From assembly GCA_038231275.1 (NCBI GenBank), contig JBBRLQ010000008.1:205645-269644 (forward strand): a stretch of DNA of 64,000 nt. Reading direction: 5' to 3'. A program made the translations under genes and the position numbers. This document shows, one piece after another, positions 47,405-56,944 of the stretch. Position 1 is the first letter of the stretch. Each line of letters begins with the position of its first letter. This stretch comes from Polyangiales bacterium. GTDB lineage: Bacteria; Myxococcota_A; Polyangia; Polyangiales; Polyangiaceae. Below the pieces are notes generated by a model, which was given only the letters and a program-made list of their open reading frames with translations, had not been told where the DNA came from and made no database searches.

Positions 47405-49144
47405 TCAGTTGGCGAGGGTGACGATTGCCGATTTTAGGTGTGATTCCGAGCCTATGCCGGGCGGGAAATCGAGGGGGTCGGCGGTATCTTTAACGCTCGC
47501 GACCTCTTTTTTGGCGAGGCGCGCGGCGTCGAAGAGCATCTTCCGGAAGCGGCCCTTCGAGATTCCGCGGTGGTTGGTGCACGCGAGGAGCTTGCCGCCC
47601 GGGCGCAGGATGCCGAGCGCCAGCGCGGCGAGCTCGGCGTAGTCCTGGTCGGCGACGAAGCGGCGTCTTTTGGTCGACGAGTAGCTCGGCGGATCGAGGA
47701 GGACGAGATCGTGCCGCTTCTGCTGCGCCTTGTCCTTCGCGTCTCTTGCCTGGCTCCCCTCTTTCGCGTGGCGCGCGAGCCACGCGAACGCGTCCTCCGC
47801 GACGAAGGTGTGATCGGCGCCGTCGAGGACGCCTGCCTCCCTCATGTTCTCGCGGCCGCGCTCGAGCGCCGCCACCGACGCGTCGACGCTGATCGTGCGC
47901 CACGCGCCGCCGACCGCCGCCGCGACGCTGAACGCGCAGGTGTACGAGAAGAGGTTCACGACGCTTCCGCCCGCGGCGAGCTCGCGCACGCGACGCCGGT
48001 TGGCGCGCTGATCGAGGAAGATGCCGGTCGAGAGGCCATCGCCGAGGCGAACGACGTAGGGCACCCCTTCCTCGTGAACGACGAGCGGATCGGCCGCCGG
48101 AGCGCCGCGGACGGGCTCCTTCGGCGCGAGATCCTCACGCCGCGTGTCGACGAGCGTGTTCGCTTGTTTGGGCCGCACCTTCAAGTACACGCCGTCGAAG
48201 CCGATGGCGAAGAGCGCGTCGAGAACGCGATCGCGACGCGCCGGATCGCGCCACGGCCCGCTCTCGTCGTCGTAGAGCTGCGCCACGAGGTGATCGCCAT
48301 ACGCGTCGACGGCCAAGTGGGGCAGCGCATCGCCCGCCTCGTTGACGAGGCGAAACGCGCTCGTGGCGCGCTCGCCCGCGCCGGCGTGACCCAGGCCGTA
48401 GCGCGCACGGGCGGCCTGCGCGAGTGCGCGCGCGAGGGCGGGCGCGTCGTCGTAGATGCCCGCGCCGAGATCGCCGTTCGCGAGCCACGCGTCGAGCTCT
48501 AGGGGCGTCTTCGCCTTCCACTCGCCCGCCGGCGTGCCCGGAAGCGTCAACGACGACGCGTGCAGCATCAGGCGCGACGCCGCCGCGCCTCGGTACATTC
48601 GGTCCCCCGCGATCGGCGCGCCGGCGTACGCCAGCTGCACACGTGCCTGGTGAGTGCGCCCCGTCTCGAGCACCACCTCGATCATCGTTCGATCCGCGCT
48701 CGGCGCCCGCGCCAGGACCTTCACGTGCGAGACGGCTTCGAGGCCTCCCCTCTCCTTTGGCCCTGCCACGCGCATTCGGCCGTGCTCGCCCGGGAGAAGA
48801 CGATCGCGCAAGGTCGCCTGCGCCTTCTTCGCGGGCCACCCCGTCACGCAGGCGACGTAGCGCTTCTCGACGGTGCGACCCTCGAACGCGGCCGCGATCG
48901 CCGCGTTCGCCTCTTTGCGCGCCGTGAGGAGGAGCACGCCGCTCGTGTCGCGGTCGAGGCGCTGGTGAACGCCGAGGTACGCGCGCGGCGACTCGGCGCG
49001 GAGGCGCGTCACCACGTCGTCGGGGCGGTCTGGATCGGCGGCCTGCGTAGAGATGCCGGTCGGCTTGTCGATGACGACGACGTCCGCGTCCTCGTGCAGG
49101 ATCCACGCGGCGGGGAAATGCGGGAAGGCGATCCTGCGGTCCAC
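47405..49144 (-). CDS. Fusion of an RluA-family pseudouridine synthase and an RlmI/RlmK-type SAM-dependent RNA methyltransferase
   Basis: N-terminal: IDKPTG, HQRLDRDTSG (catalytic Asp), KRY, LETGRTHQAR, PIAGD, LMLHA. C-terminal: FRLVNEAGD, STGIFLDQRANR, VNLFSYT, LLDPPSY. Confidence 0.9.
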   Translation of the reverse strand: MDRRIAFPHFPAAWILHEDADVVVIDKPTGISTQAADPDRPDDVVTRLRAESPRAYLGVHQRLDRDTSGVLLLTARKEANAAIAAAFEGRTVEKRYVACVTGWPAKKAQATLRDRLLPGEHGRMRVAGPKERGGLEAVSHVKVLARAPSADRTMIEVVLETGRTHQARVQLAYAGAPIAGDRMYRGAAASRLMLHASSLTLPGTPAGEWKAKTPLELDAWLANGDLGAGIYDDAPALARALAQAARARYGLGHAGAGERATSAFRLVNEAGDALPHLAVDAYGDHLVAQLYDDESGPWRDPARRDRVLDALFAIGFDGVYLKVRPKQANTLVDTRREDLAPKEPVRGAPAADPLVVHEEGVPYVVRLGDGLSTGIFLDQRANRRRVRELAAGGSVVNLFSYTCAFSVAAAVGGAWRTISVDASVAALERGRENMREAGVLDGADHTFVAEDAFAWLARHAKEGSQARDAKDKAQQKRHDLVLLDPPSYSSTKRRRFVADQDYAELAALALGILRPGGKLLACTNHRGISKGRFRKMLFDAARLAKKEVASVKDTADPLDFPPGIGSESHLKSAIVTLAN

Positions 49145-49196
49145 GCCGCGCTGTCTACCACACTGGAGCAGAAGTCTCGCGGGGGCTCGAGGACGA

Positions 49197-49949
49197 TCAG
49201 CCGCCGTCCTTGCATGCGTCCTTGGGGACCGACGCGGTGACCACTGCCGCCGCGCAGAACGCGAACTTGGTGCCGCACGCGGCGACCGATCCCGCGTCGC
49301 CGCCGTCGGCAGGCCCCGCGGAAGCGCACGCCGTGTCCATGCCCGTCACGATCGCGTCGTTCCACTCCAGCACGAACGTGCCCGCGCCGGGTCCCCCGTC
49401 GGGCTTCGCGTAGAAATCGGCCACGCACGCCGTCACGCCCGCGTCGTCACCGACGCACTGGGTGCAGACGTCGGTGCGCACCTTGTCCTGCGCGGCGGTC
49501 GGCGTGGCGGACGCGAGTCGGTCGCGGACGCACCGATCGAGCGCCGTCCCGTTGTCGCGCACGCAGGCGATCTTTCCCAAGCAGTCGACGAGGCCCACGC
49601 GTCCCGCCTTGCTGTACGCCGCCGAGACCTTCTCGCACTTGGCGAAGTTGTCCAGATCGCACCCCTGGAGCTGCGGGCTGCACCGACCGCAGTACGCGAC
49701 GAGCGCCTTGCAGTACGCGTCGGCGCCGGCGTAGGCCGGGCATGCGAGCGCTGCGTCGCTCGCGGCTTCGGGCGAGCCTCCGTCGTTCGCGATGGCGTCG
49801 GGCGCCGCGTCCACGTCGCCCCCCTCTGCTCCGCCGTCTCCATCAGCCCCCTTGAAGTTGATCGAGTCGTCGCCGCTGCACCCGCCGTAGGCCAGCGAGG
49901 CGGCCGCGATCGGGAAGACGAGAAGTGAGAAGCGCCACGCGTACGACAT
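49197..49949 (-). CDS. Cys-rich lipoprotein
   Basis: Leader ending LAYGG-C, DGG-rich linker, many Cys. GGAGG upstream. Confidence 0.8.
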   Translation of the reverse strand: MSYAWRFSLLVFPIAAASLAYGGCSGDDSINFKGADGDGGAEGGDVDAAPDAIANDGGSPEAASDAALACPAYAGADAYCKALVAYCGRCSPQLQGCDLDNFAKCEKVSAAYSKAGRVGLVDCLGKIACVRDNGTALDRCVRDRLASATPTAAQDKVRTDVCTQCVGDDAGVTACVADFYAKPDGGPGAGTFVLEWNDAIVTGMDTACASAGPADGGDAGSVAACGTKFAFCAAAVVTASVPKDACKDGG

Positions 49950-50102
49950 GGGGAGGACCTCCGAACGGTGGAAACTACATCTTTCGTACCACCCGCCTCG
50001 CCGGTGTTTTCCCGACGGATCGAGGCTACGAAGACGCGCGTTCACGATCGCGGCGTGACGGCTCCGTCATGAACGAAGAGTCGTCCCTGGACGCGTCGGT
50101 GT

Positions 50103-51710
50103 TCACCCCGGCTCGAGACCGGAGTCCTTCGGCGCTTCGGTCGCGGCGATCTCGTGCCCACTCAACCGCGACACCGCCCGCGTGAGCTCCCGATCGCTGT
50201 CGGCATCGTGCGCGCGCTCGAGCCGGTCGAGCCCGCGCTTGTGGAGGACGATCGTCGCCTCCTCGAGCACGAGCCCCTCGCCGGTGCGCACGCGCACCCG
50301 CACCGGCACGCGGTAGCAGCGCGGCGCGTTGGTGAAGCGGACGCGGCGCGTGGCGACGTCGAGCACCGGCACCGGCTTCTCCGCGTCGTCGAGGCGGGCG
50401 AACAGCGGCGACAGATCGTAACGAAAGACGTGCTTGATGCGCCGCACGCCCTGCTCGAACAGCTCCCGCGTCGAGTCGATCTGCCCGCGCTGCACGTACT
50501 TGATGAGCGTGGCGGGCATCGTGGCGCCGCTCTCGGGGTTCAGCGAATCGGGGATCTGCGTCGTGCGGCTGTCGATCGACTCGCGCGCAGCGACGATCAC
50601 GTCACGCCCCGGCAAGCGGCGTGACGGTGCGCGGAAGCGGGCGACCCGCTGGGCGTAGAAGCGGTGCACATTGCCGCTGATCCAGTTGCGGCCCATCTCC
50701 TTGATGCGATCCTTCGCGGCGTAGACGAGGCCGGCGATCACGGCGAGGACGACGACGCCCGAGCCGATCTGCGTCCCGGTCGTCGGCGCGCGGTTGATGA
50801 GGACGATCTGCCACATGAACGCCCACGTCGACGCCAGCACCGCGACGAACGCCGCGACCCAGTGGTGGATGCGATCGGCGACCTCGTAGCGCTCGGGCTC
50901 GAGGAAGAGGACCTCCTGGAAGTGCTTCTTCAGGCGGCTCGCGCGGTCGAGGTAGCGCTCGAGCGCCTGGGTCGAGTTGGGGTCGGCGCCGATGTATTTC
51001 TTCTCGGCGCGGCGGGACACTTCGTGCTCCAGCGCGTCCGCGACCCTCGCCTCCACGCGCGCGATGACCGGACCGAGCACCTCCGCGTGGCGGGACGTCA
51101 GCATCGCGCCGAGCGCCCGCTCCACGCCGGCGAGCATCTCGAGGAAGCGCACGCTCGCGTACTCGTCGACGAGGCCGCGCTCGCGCAGGAGTTCTTGCGC
51201 CTCACCGTCGTGCGCAGGGGTCAGGCGCGCGCGCGCTTGCTCGACCATCTTCACGGCCGCGTCGATCCAGATGAGCAGCACCGCCTCGAGATCGCCGGGC
51301 GGCGCCTCGAGCATGATCGAGCTGGCGAGACGGCAATGGCGCGCGAACCCTTCGCTGGCGCGCGAGAGCTTGGCGGCGAGCGCGACGGCCCCTCGGCGGA
51401 GCGCGTCGATCGTGACCGCGTCGCCGCTCGGACCGAGCTCGGCCGGACCGTCGAGGCGCGTGAACGACTGGAGCTGATCCCACGGCGAGTGACGCGCGAA
51501 GGCGTTCGACGGGATCTCCATCTCGACCTCGATGGAGTACCCCACCTTCTCGGCGCCCTTCTCGGGCAGCGCGAGCGAGACGCTCCACTCGATGCGCGAC
51601 GCGTCGTGGATCCCGATCTTGACCGCCGCGTCCCCGTCGGCGGGCAGATCGACGCCCGCGCCGTCTAGAAGCGTGATCGGATACTCTCTGGGAAACTCCG
51701 CGAGGGCCAT
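50103..51710 (-). CDS. Hypothetical protein with a central TM hairpin
   Basis: 535-aa ORF with GC3 bias, GGAG upstream, helical N-terminal region, two TM helices, YAAKDRIKE motif. Confidence 0.8.
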   Translation of the reverse strand: MALAEFPREYPITLLDGAGVDLPADGDAAVKIGIHDASRIEWSVSLALPEKGAEKVGYSIEVEMEIPSNAFARHSPWDQLQSFTRLDGPAELGPSGDAVTIDALRRGAVALAAKLSRASEGFARHCRLASSIMLEAPPGDLEAVLLIWIDAAVKMVEQARARLTPAHDGEAQELLRERGLVDEYASVRFLEMLAGVERALGAMLTSRHAEVLGPVIARVEARVADALEHEVSRRAEKKYIGADPNSTQALERYLDRASRLKKHFQEVLFLEPERYEVADRIHHWVAAFVAVLASTWAFMWQIVLINRAPTTGTQIGSGVVVLAVIAGLVYAAKDRIKEMGRNWISGNVHRFYAQRVARFRAPSRRLPGRDVIVAARESIDSRTTQIPDSLNPESGATMPATLIKYVQRGQIDSTRELFEQGVRRIKHVFRYDLSPLFARLDDAEKPVPVLDVATRRVRFTNAPRCYRVPVRVRVRTGEGLVLEEATIVLHKRGLDRLERAHDADSDRELTRAVSRLSGHEIAATEAPKDSGLEPG

Positions 51711-51742
51711 CGACTCCGGCGCGAAAGGTCTAAATCCAACAC

Positions 51743-52990
51743 ATGCGCGATAGAGGAGGCCCTTGCAACTATTTTTCCAGGATTTTCTCGGCGATCCTCG
51801 GGCGTTGGGCGGCCGCCGCGCTCGTCGTTGGCGGCGTCTCGGCAGCCGGAGGCGGTGACGCGAACGCGCAGACCCTCCCCAAACCGCTCGTCGTCGAGGG
51901 CTCCGGTGGAGATTGGAAGCTCACCCTCGGAGGGTGGGTCGACGCGTATTTTGGCTACAATTTCAATGATCCGGCGTCTCGGACGAACACGGTCCGCGCC
52001 TTCGACACGCGCCACGACTCGTTCGCCATCCAGGTGGCGGCGGTCGATCTCCAGTTCGAGGGGCACACCGGGAGCGGCACCGCGCTCGCCCGACTCACGT
52101 TCCAGGCGGGCGACGAGCCAGAGGCGTACTACCTCTCGAGCGGCAGCGAGAACGCGAAGGACGCGCAGCCGAGCTACGACGCGTTCCGGCACCTTCAGCA
52201 AGCGTACGCCGGGTACAAGATGCCGATGCCGGGGGGCGACGACCCGGCGCTCGAGGCCGACATGGGTCTCTTCGTCTCCCACATCGGCTACGAGGGGCTC
52301 AACGCGAAGGACAACATCCACTTCTCGCGCGCGCTCCTCTTTCAGCTAACGCCGTTTTACGCGACGGGCGTGCGCGCCATCTACACGATCAGCCCGACGT
52401 TCACCGCGCAGCTCAACGTGACCAACGGCTGGAACTCGGTCGTCGACAACAACCGCTCGAAGAGCATCGGCGCTCAGCTGGTGTGGACGCCGTCCGATCG
52501 CGTGAGCGCGACGCTGAACTGGCTGGGCGGCGCCGAGCAGGACGCGACGCTCGCGATGCGCAACCTCTTCGACGCGAGCGTCGTCGTGAAGCCGACCGAC
52601 GCGCTCCTCCTCGCCGTCAACGGGCACGCCGGCTTCGACAAGCTGCACCCCGGCACGCTCGTCAACGAAGGCATCCTCACCGACACCGCGCGCGCCGCGT
52701 GGTACGGCATCGCCGGCTACGGCCGCTACCAACTCACCGACCTGTGGGCGGCGGGGGTGCGCCTCGAGGCGTTCCGCGACGAGAACGGCGTCCCGTGGGA
52801 GGCGGGCTATGCGGGCACGATCGGCGAAGGAACGGCGACCGTCGAGATGCGCCCGCAAGAGCACCTGATCCTGCGTCTCGAGGTACGGCACGACGAGGCG
52901 TCGAGCGGCCTCTACGAGACGAGCGAGATCCCTCCCCGCCTGGCGCGCGCGCAGACGACGCTGACATTGGGAGCGATCGCGTTCTTCTGA
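51743..52990 (+). CDS. Putative beta-barrel porin (BBP2/OmpL-like)
   Basis: GGWVDAYFGYNFN, LQQAY, GLFVSHIGYE, PFYATGVR, NGWN..DNN..KS, RLE.F.D, LRLEVRHD, C-terminal F. Confidence 0.85.
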   Translation: MRDRGGPCNYFSRIFSAILGRWAAAALVVGGVSAAGGGDANAQTLPKPLVVEGSGGDWKLTLGGWVDAYFGYNFNDPASRTNTVRAFDTRHDSFAIQVAAVDLQFEGHTGSGTALARLTFQAGDEPEAYYLSSGSENAKDAQPSYDAFRHLQQAYAGYKMPMPGGDDPALEADMGLFVSHIGYEGLNAKDNIHFSRALLFQLTPFYATGVRAIYTISPTFTAQLNVTNGWNSVVDNNRSKSIGAQLVWTPSDRVSATLNWLGGAEQDATLAMRNLFDASVVVKPTDALLLAVNGHAGFDKLHPGTLVNEGILTDTARAAWYGIAGYGRYQLTDLWAAGVRLEAFRDENGVPWEAGYAGTIGEGTATVEMRPQEHLILRLEVRHDEASSGLYETSEIPPRLARAQTTLTLGAIAFF

Positions 52991-52996
52991 CGCACG

Positions 52997-54997
52997 CTAC
53001 CCGCGGCGCGCTTCCAGGTCTTCCCATCGCGCGGTGAGCGCGTGGGCTTCGGCGCGGGCGGCGGCGAGATCCGCCTGGAGCTTCCCCGCCGCCTCGGGCC
53101 GCGTCGCGTACAGCGACGGGTCGGCGAGATCTCGTTCCAGCGCCGTCGCGCGCTCTTCGGCGGCGGTAACGCGGTCCATGATCCCCTCGAGCTCGATCCG
53201 CTCCGCGTACGTCAGTTTCTTGGTCGCGGTCGCGGGCCTGGTCACGATCGCGGTCGGGGTCGGGGTCGCGGCCGTGGTCGTCGTCGTCGTCGCGGTCGTC
53301 GTCGCGGTCGCGGGCCTGGTCGCGACCGCGGTCGGGGTCGCGGCCTTCTTCGGTGCCGGAGGCGGTGTGGTTTTTCCCGGCTCTGGGCGTAGCGAGAGAT
53401 ACGTGTCGTAGTTGCCCGGGTACGCCGTCACCTTCCCCGGCTCGAACGCCAGGATGGAGGTGGCCACGCGGTTCAAAAATGCGCGATCGTGCGACACGAC
53501 GATCGCGCAGCCAGGCCACTCGACGAGCATCTCCTCGAGCGCGCCGAGCGTGCTGATGTCCAGATCGTTCGTCGGCTCGTCGAGCAGCAGCAGGTTGGCG
53601 CCGCTCTTCAACGCCTTGGCGAGCGCCACGCGTGCGCGCTCACCGCCGGAGAGGGCTCCGACCTTCTGGCGCTGCTTGCCCGGCTCGAAGAGGAACTGCT
53701 CGAGGTACGACTTCAGGTTCACGGTGCGATCGCCGATCGCGACCATCCCGCCACCCGTCGCCTCCGCGCCGAACCGCTCGGCGACGTTGTCGTAGATCGA
53801 CCAGTCGTCCATGAGCTGCGCGCGCGCCTGATCGAAGAGGACGACCTTCGTGTTCTTCCCGACGGTCACCGTCCCGTGCGTGGGCGCGAGATCGCCGGTG
53901 ACCGCGCGGAGGAGCGACGTCTTGCCGGAGCCATTCTTCCCGATGACACCGATGCGGTCACCGGGGACCATGTTCAAGGTGAGTCCGGCGAAGAGATGCT
54001 TGTCGCCGATCTCGAGCGTGACGTCCGCGAGCTCGAGGATCGTCTTGCCCGTGCGCGCGATGTCGGTGCCTTCGAGGCGGACGCGCTCCTGCGCGCGGGG
54101 ACCTTCGATCGCGATGGCGGCCTCGGCGCGCTGGATGCGGGCCTTCTGCTTCGTCGTCCGCGCCTTCGGGCCGCGCATGAGCCACTTGCGCTCGTTTCGA
54201 ACGAAATTCAGGCGATTTTGCTCGACGCGGGCTTCATGGAGCTCGAGCTCTTCCTTCTTCTCGAGGAACGCTCCGTAGTTGCCGGAGAACTCGGCGAGCT
54301 TGCCGCGCGAGAGCTCGACGATGCGCGTCGCCACCGCGTCGAGGACGTAGCGATCGTGCGTGACCATGAGCACGGCGCCCGCGAACTCGTCGACGAGGAA
54401 GCCCTCGAGCCAGTCGATCGTCTCGGCGTCGAGGTGGTTGGTCGGCTCGTCGAGGATCGCGAGCGCGGGCGCGGCGACCAAGATCTGCGCGAGGGCGACG
54501 CGGCGCTTCTCGCCGCCGCTCATCGTGCCGGTAGGTCGATCGTCGCTCTCGATGCCGAGCTTGCCGAGGATCCCTTTGGCGACGTGGCCGCACTCCCATC
54601 CGCCGAGGCGCTCGACGTCGTCTGCGAGGTGGGATTGCTCGGCGAGGCGCGCGGGCGTCGCGTCGCCGGCCTCGATCGCGTGGGTGACCTCCGCGTGGCG
54701 CGTGGTGGCGGCGCTCCACTCGGCGAGGCCTTCGAGGACGATCTGCGCAGGCGTCTTGTCGGGGTCGAGCTTCGGCTCCTGCGAGAGATAGAGGACGCTC
54801 GCGCCGCGACGGCGGTCGACGGTGCCTGCGTCGGCGGTCTCGAGGCCGGCGAGGACGCGAAGGAGCGTGGATTTCCCGGTCCCGTTGATGCCGAGGACGC
54901 CGACGCGATCGCCCTCTTCGATCGTGATCGCGACGTCGTCGAACAGGACCTGCGGCCCGTACGCCTTCGACATGCCGCGCCCGCTCAGGATGCTCAT
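52997..54997 (-). CDS. uup: ABC-F ATPase, Uup-like
   Basis: Two ABC cassettes (GINGTGKST/SGGEKRR/LDEPTNHLD and GKNGSGKTS/SGGERAR/LDEPTNDLD), linker WL.RGPKARTTKQKARI, C-terminal KKLTYAE..RWEDLE. Confidence 0.9.
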   Translation of the reverse strand: MSILSGRGMSKAYGPQVLFDDVAITIEEGDRVGVLGINGTGKSTLLRVLAGLETADAGTVDRRRGASVLYLSQEPKLDPDKTPAQIVLEGLAEWSAATTRHAEVTHAIEAGDATPARLAEQSHLADDVERLGGWECGHVAKGILGKLGIESDDRPTGTMSGGEKRRVALAQILVAAPALAILDEPTNHLDAETIDWLEGFLVDEFAGAVLMVTHDRYVLDAVATRIVELSRGKLAEFSGNYGAFLEKKEELELHEARVEQNRLNFVRNERKWLMRGPKARTTKQKARIQRAEAAIAIEGPRAQERVRLEGTDIARTGKTILELADVTLEIGDKHLFAGLTLNMVPGDRIGVIGKNGSGKTSLLRAVTGDLAPTHGTVTVGKNTKVVLFDQARAQLMDDWSIYDNVAERFGAEATGGGMVAIGDRTVNLKSYLEQFLFEPGKQRQKVGALSGGERARVALAKALKSGANLLLLDEPTNDLDISTLGALEEMLVEWPGCAIVVSHDRAFLNRVATSILAFEPGKVTAYPGNYDTYLSLRPEPGKTTPPPAPKKAATPTAVATRPATATTTATTTTTTAATPTPTAIVTRPATATKKLTYAERIELEGIMDRVTAAEERATALERDLADPSLYATRPEAAGKLQADLAAARAEAHALTARWEDLEARRG
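53223..53340. repeat. Intragenic 40-bp direct repeat flanking (GTC)n, encoding a Thr/Ala/Pro linker
   Basis: 53223-53262 and 53301-53340 differ at 2 positions. Confidence 0.8.
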
Positions 54998-55024
54998 CCG
55001 GAGCGAGTGTCTACCACACGGAGG

Positions 55025-55687
55025 TCACTCTTTGACGACGTGGCACGGTGTCATGGCGAACGGGAGCTTCCGGACCTTCTCTTTGCGGCCCTTGAAATAC
55101 TCGTCCACCGCGAGCGTCTCGCCGGGGAAGACCCCATAGTCGTCGAGTAAGAGGATGCCGCCGCGCTCGACGCGGGGCCAGAGGTGCTCGAGGACGGTGA
55201 CGGCCGGCTCGTAGACGTCGGTGTCGAGGTTCAATAGCGCAATCTTGAGCTGCGGATTTTCGGCGACGTACCTGGGGACGGTCTCGCAGATGTTGCCGGC
55301 GACGAGCGTGACGGCGTCGTTGCATTTCTTGGCGGCGAGGACGTCCTTCAGCTGCTGCGCGTCGATGCTCTCGTCGCCGGCCTCGTTGGTGAAGCCGGCG
55401 CGGAGCTTCTTGTCGGCCTCGTGCGCGGTCTCCGGGAACGGACCGAACGAGTCGAAGCCGATCATCTTCTTGCTGCGCGGGCCGCCGAAGAGCTGACGCA
55501 TCATCGCGAAGCGCGCGAAGCTTGCCCCCTTGAAGACGCCGCACTCGACGATGGCGCCGGGGATGTCGAACGTCATCTTGAAGAGCTCGTAGTGCGCGAG
55601 GAGCTTGCTCATCCGCGAGACGTCGCAGGTGAGATAGAAGCCGTTCTCGTGCTCCCAAGCCTGGGCGGGATCGGGGAGGGTGATCAT
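55025..55687 (-). CDS. TylF/MycF/NovP-related O-methyltransferase
   Basis: PGAIVECGVFKG, GFDSF, IALLNLDTDVYEP, GGILLLDDY..FPGE..AVDE. Confidence 0.9.
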   Translation of the reverse strand: MITLPDPAQAWEHENGFYLTCDVSRMSKLLAHYELFKMTFDIPGAIVECGVFKGASFARFAMMRQLFGGPRSKKMIGFDSFGPFPETAHEADKKLRAGFTNEAGDESIDAQQLKDVLAAKKCNDAVTLVAGNICETVPRYVAENPQLKIALLNLDTDVYEPAVTVLEHLWPRVERGGILLLDDYGVFPGETLAVDEYFKGRKEKVRKLPFAMTPCHVVKE

Positions 55688-55781
55688 TCCCCCCCATGTG
55701 CAATCGAAGTGCCGGCGCAATGAGGCGAAACCCGAGCGCGGCGAGCGTCATCCCCCTGACGCTCGTCAACGCCGTGACGGC

Positions 55782-56549
55782 CTACATCGAGAGACCGCCG
55801 TCGATGTCGATCGTGCGGCCGTTGAAGTAATCGCACTCGATGATGAACTTCACGCCCAGCCAGATGTCCTCGGGCAGGCCGATGCGGTTCACCGGGATCG
55901 CGGCGACCAGCGTGTCACGGGCCTTCTGGTTCATGCCCTGCGTCATCGGAGTCTCGATCATGCCGGGAGCGATCGCGCCGACGCGCACGCCGAACGCCGC
56001 GAACTCGCGCGACCAGGTGACCGTGTTGGCCGCGAGGGCCGCCTTGGCGGCCGTGTAGTTCGACTGACCGCGGTTGCCGTGGCGCGCGATGCTCGACATG
56101 TTCACGACGACGCCGGGCTTCGTGCCGGTCTCGGCCATCTTGGCGACCGCGTCGCGGACCAAGAGGGTCGCGCCCGTGAGGTTCACCGCGATGACGGCGT
56201 CCCACTGCTCCTTCGTCATCTTCTTGATGGCGCCGGTCTCCTTGTCCTTCTTCACGAGGAGCCCGTCGCGCAGAATGCCGGCGTTGCTGATGACGCCGTT
56301 GAGGCCGCCCATCGCGCCGTGCGCCCACTCGACGAACGCGCCGACCTCGGCCTCGTCGGCGACGTTGAGCTTCTTCGCGTGGACCTTGCCGGGGCCCTTC
56401 GTTGCGAGCTCGACCGTCTCGGCCAAGCCCGCCTCATTCACGTCACCGATGGCGACCTGCGCCCCCGCCTCGGCGAGACGGAGCGCGAAGTGACGACCCA
56501 TGCCCTGGGCGCCGCCCGAGATGATGCATTTCAGTTCGCTGAGCTTCAT
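55782..56549 (-). CDS. Short-chain dehydrogenase/reductase, FabG-like
   Basis: SGGAQGMG, NAGILRD, NMSS, NYTAAK, APGMIETPM, IDGG. Confidence 0.93.
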   Translation of the reverse strand: MKLSELKCIISGGAQGMGRHFALRLAEAGAQVAIGDVNEAGLAETVELATKGPGKVHAKKLNVADEAEVGAFVEWAHGAMGGLNGVISNAGILRDGLLVKKDKETGAIKKMTKEQWDAVIAVNLTGATLLVRDAVAKMAETGTKPGVVVNMSSIARHGNRGQSNYTAAKAALAANTVTWSREFAAFGVRVGAIAPGMIETPMTQGMNQKARDTLVAAIPVNRIGLPEDIWLGVKFIIECDYFNGRTIDIDGGLSM

Positions 56550-56571
56550 GGCCGCGGACTCTAAACCCACT

Positions 56572-56826
56572 TCAAAATCGGAGCAGGCCGAAATGCGCCA
56601 TGACGGCAAGAACGGCCAGCACCACGGACACCTGGACGACGAACCGCAGCGAGCGCTTGGCGAGCCGGTAAAGGACCACGGTCAGGACCGCCGCCACGAC
56701 GATCGCCGGCACGCCCGTGTGACCGGCCACCCACTCGAGCGCCCGTCGCGCCCACGCCCAGCGGAGCGCGCCGACGAGGAGCTGGAGCTTGAGTAGCGAG
56801 GGGAGGAGCGAGAGGAGCGCGTGCAC
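56572..56826 (-). CDS. Small membrane protein (84 aa)
   Basis: 3' end of ORF 56572..57960 from GTG 56826. Two to three hydrophobic helices. Fills the gap upstream of the SDR. Confidence 0.55.
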   Translation of the reverse strand: MHALLSLLPSLLKLQLLVGALRWAWARRALEWVAGHTGVPAIVVAAVLTVVLYRLAKRSLRFVVQVSVVLAVLAVMAHFGLLRF

Positions 56827-56944
56827 GTCAGGGCAAGCGTCGCAAAAAGCGGTGGATACCCCCAAAAAACGTGGAAGACAAAAACGCGTCTCCGCCGCAA
56901 ACGGGCGCGCGAAAGTCCCCAAGGCCGTGTACCTTTCCGCCCCA

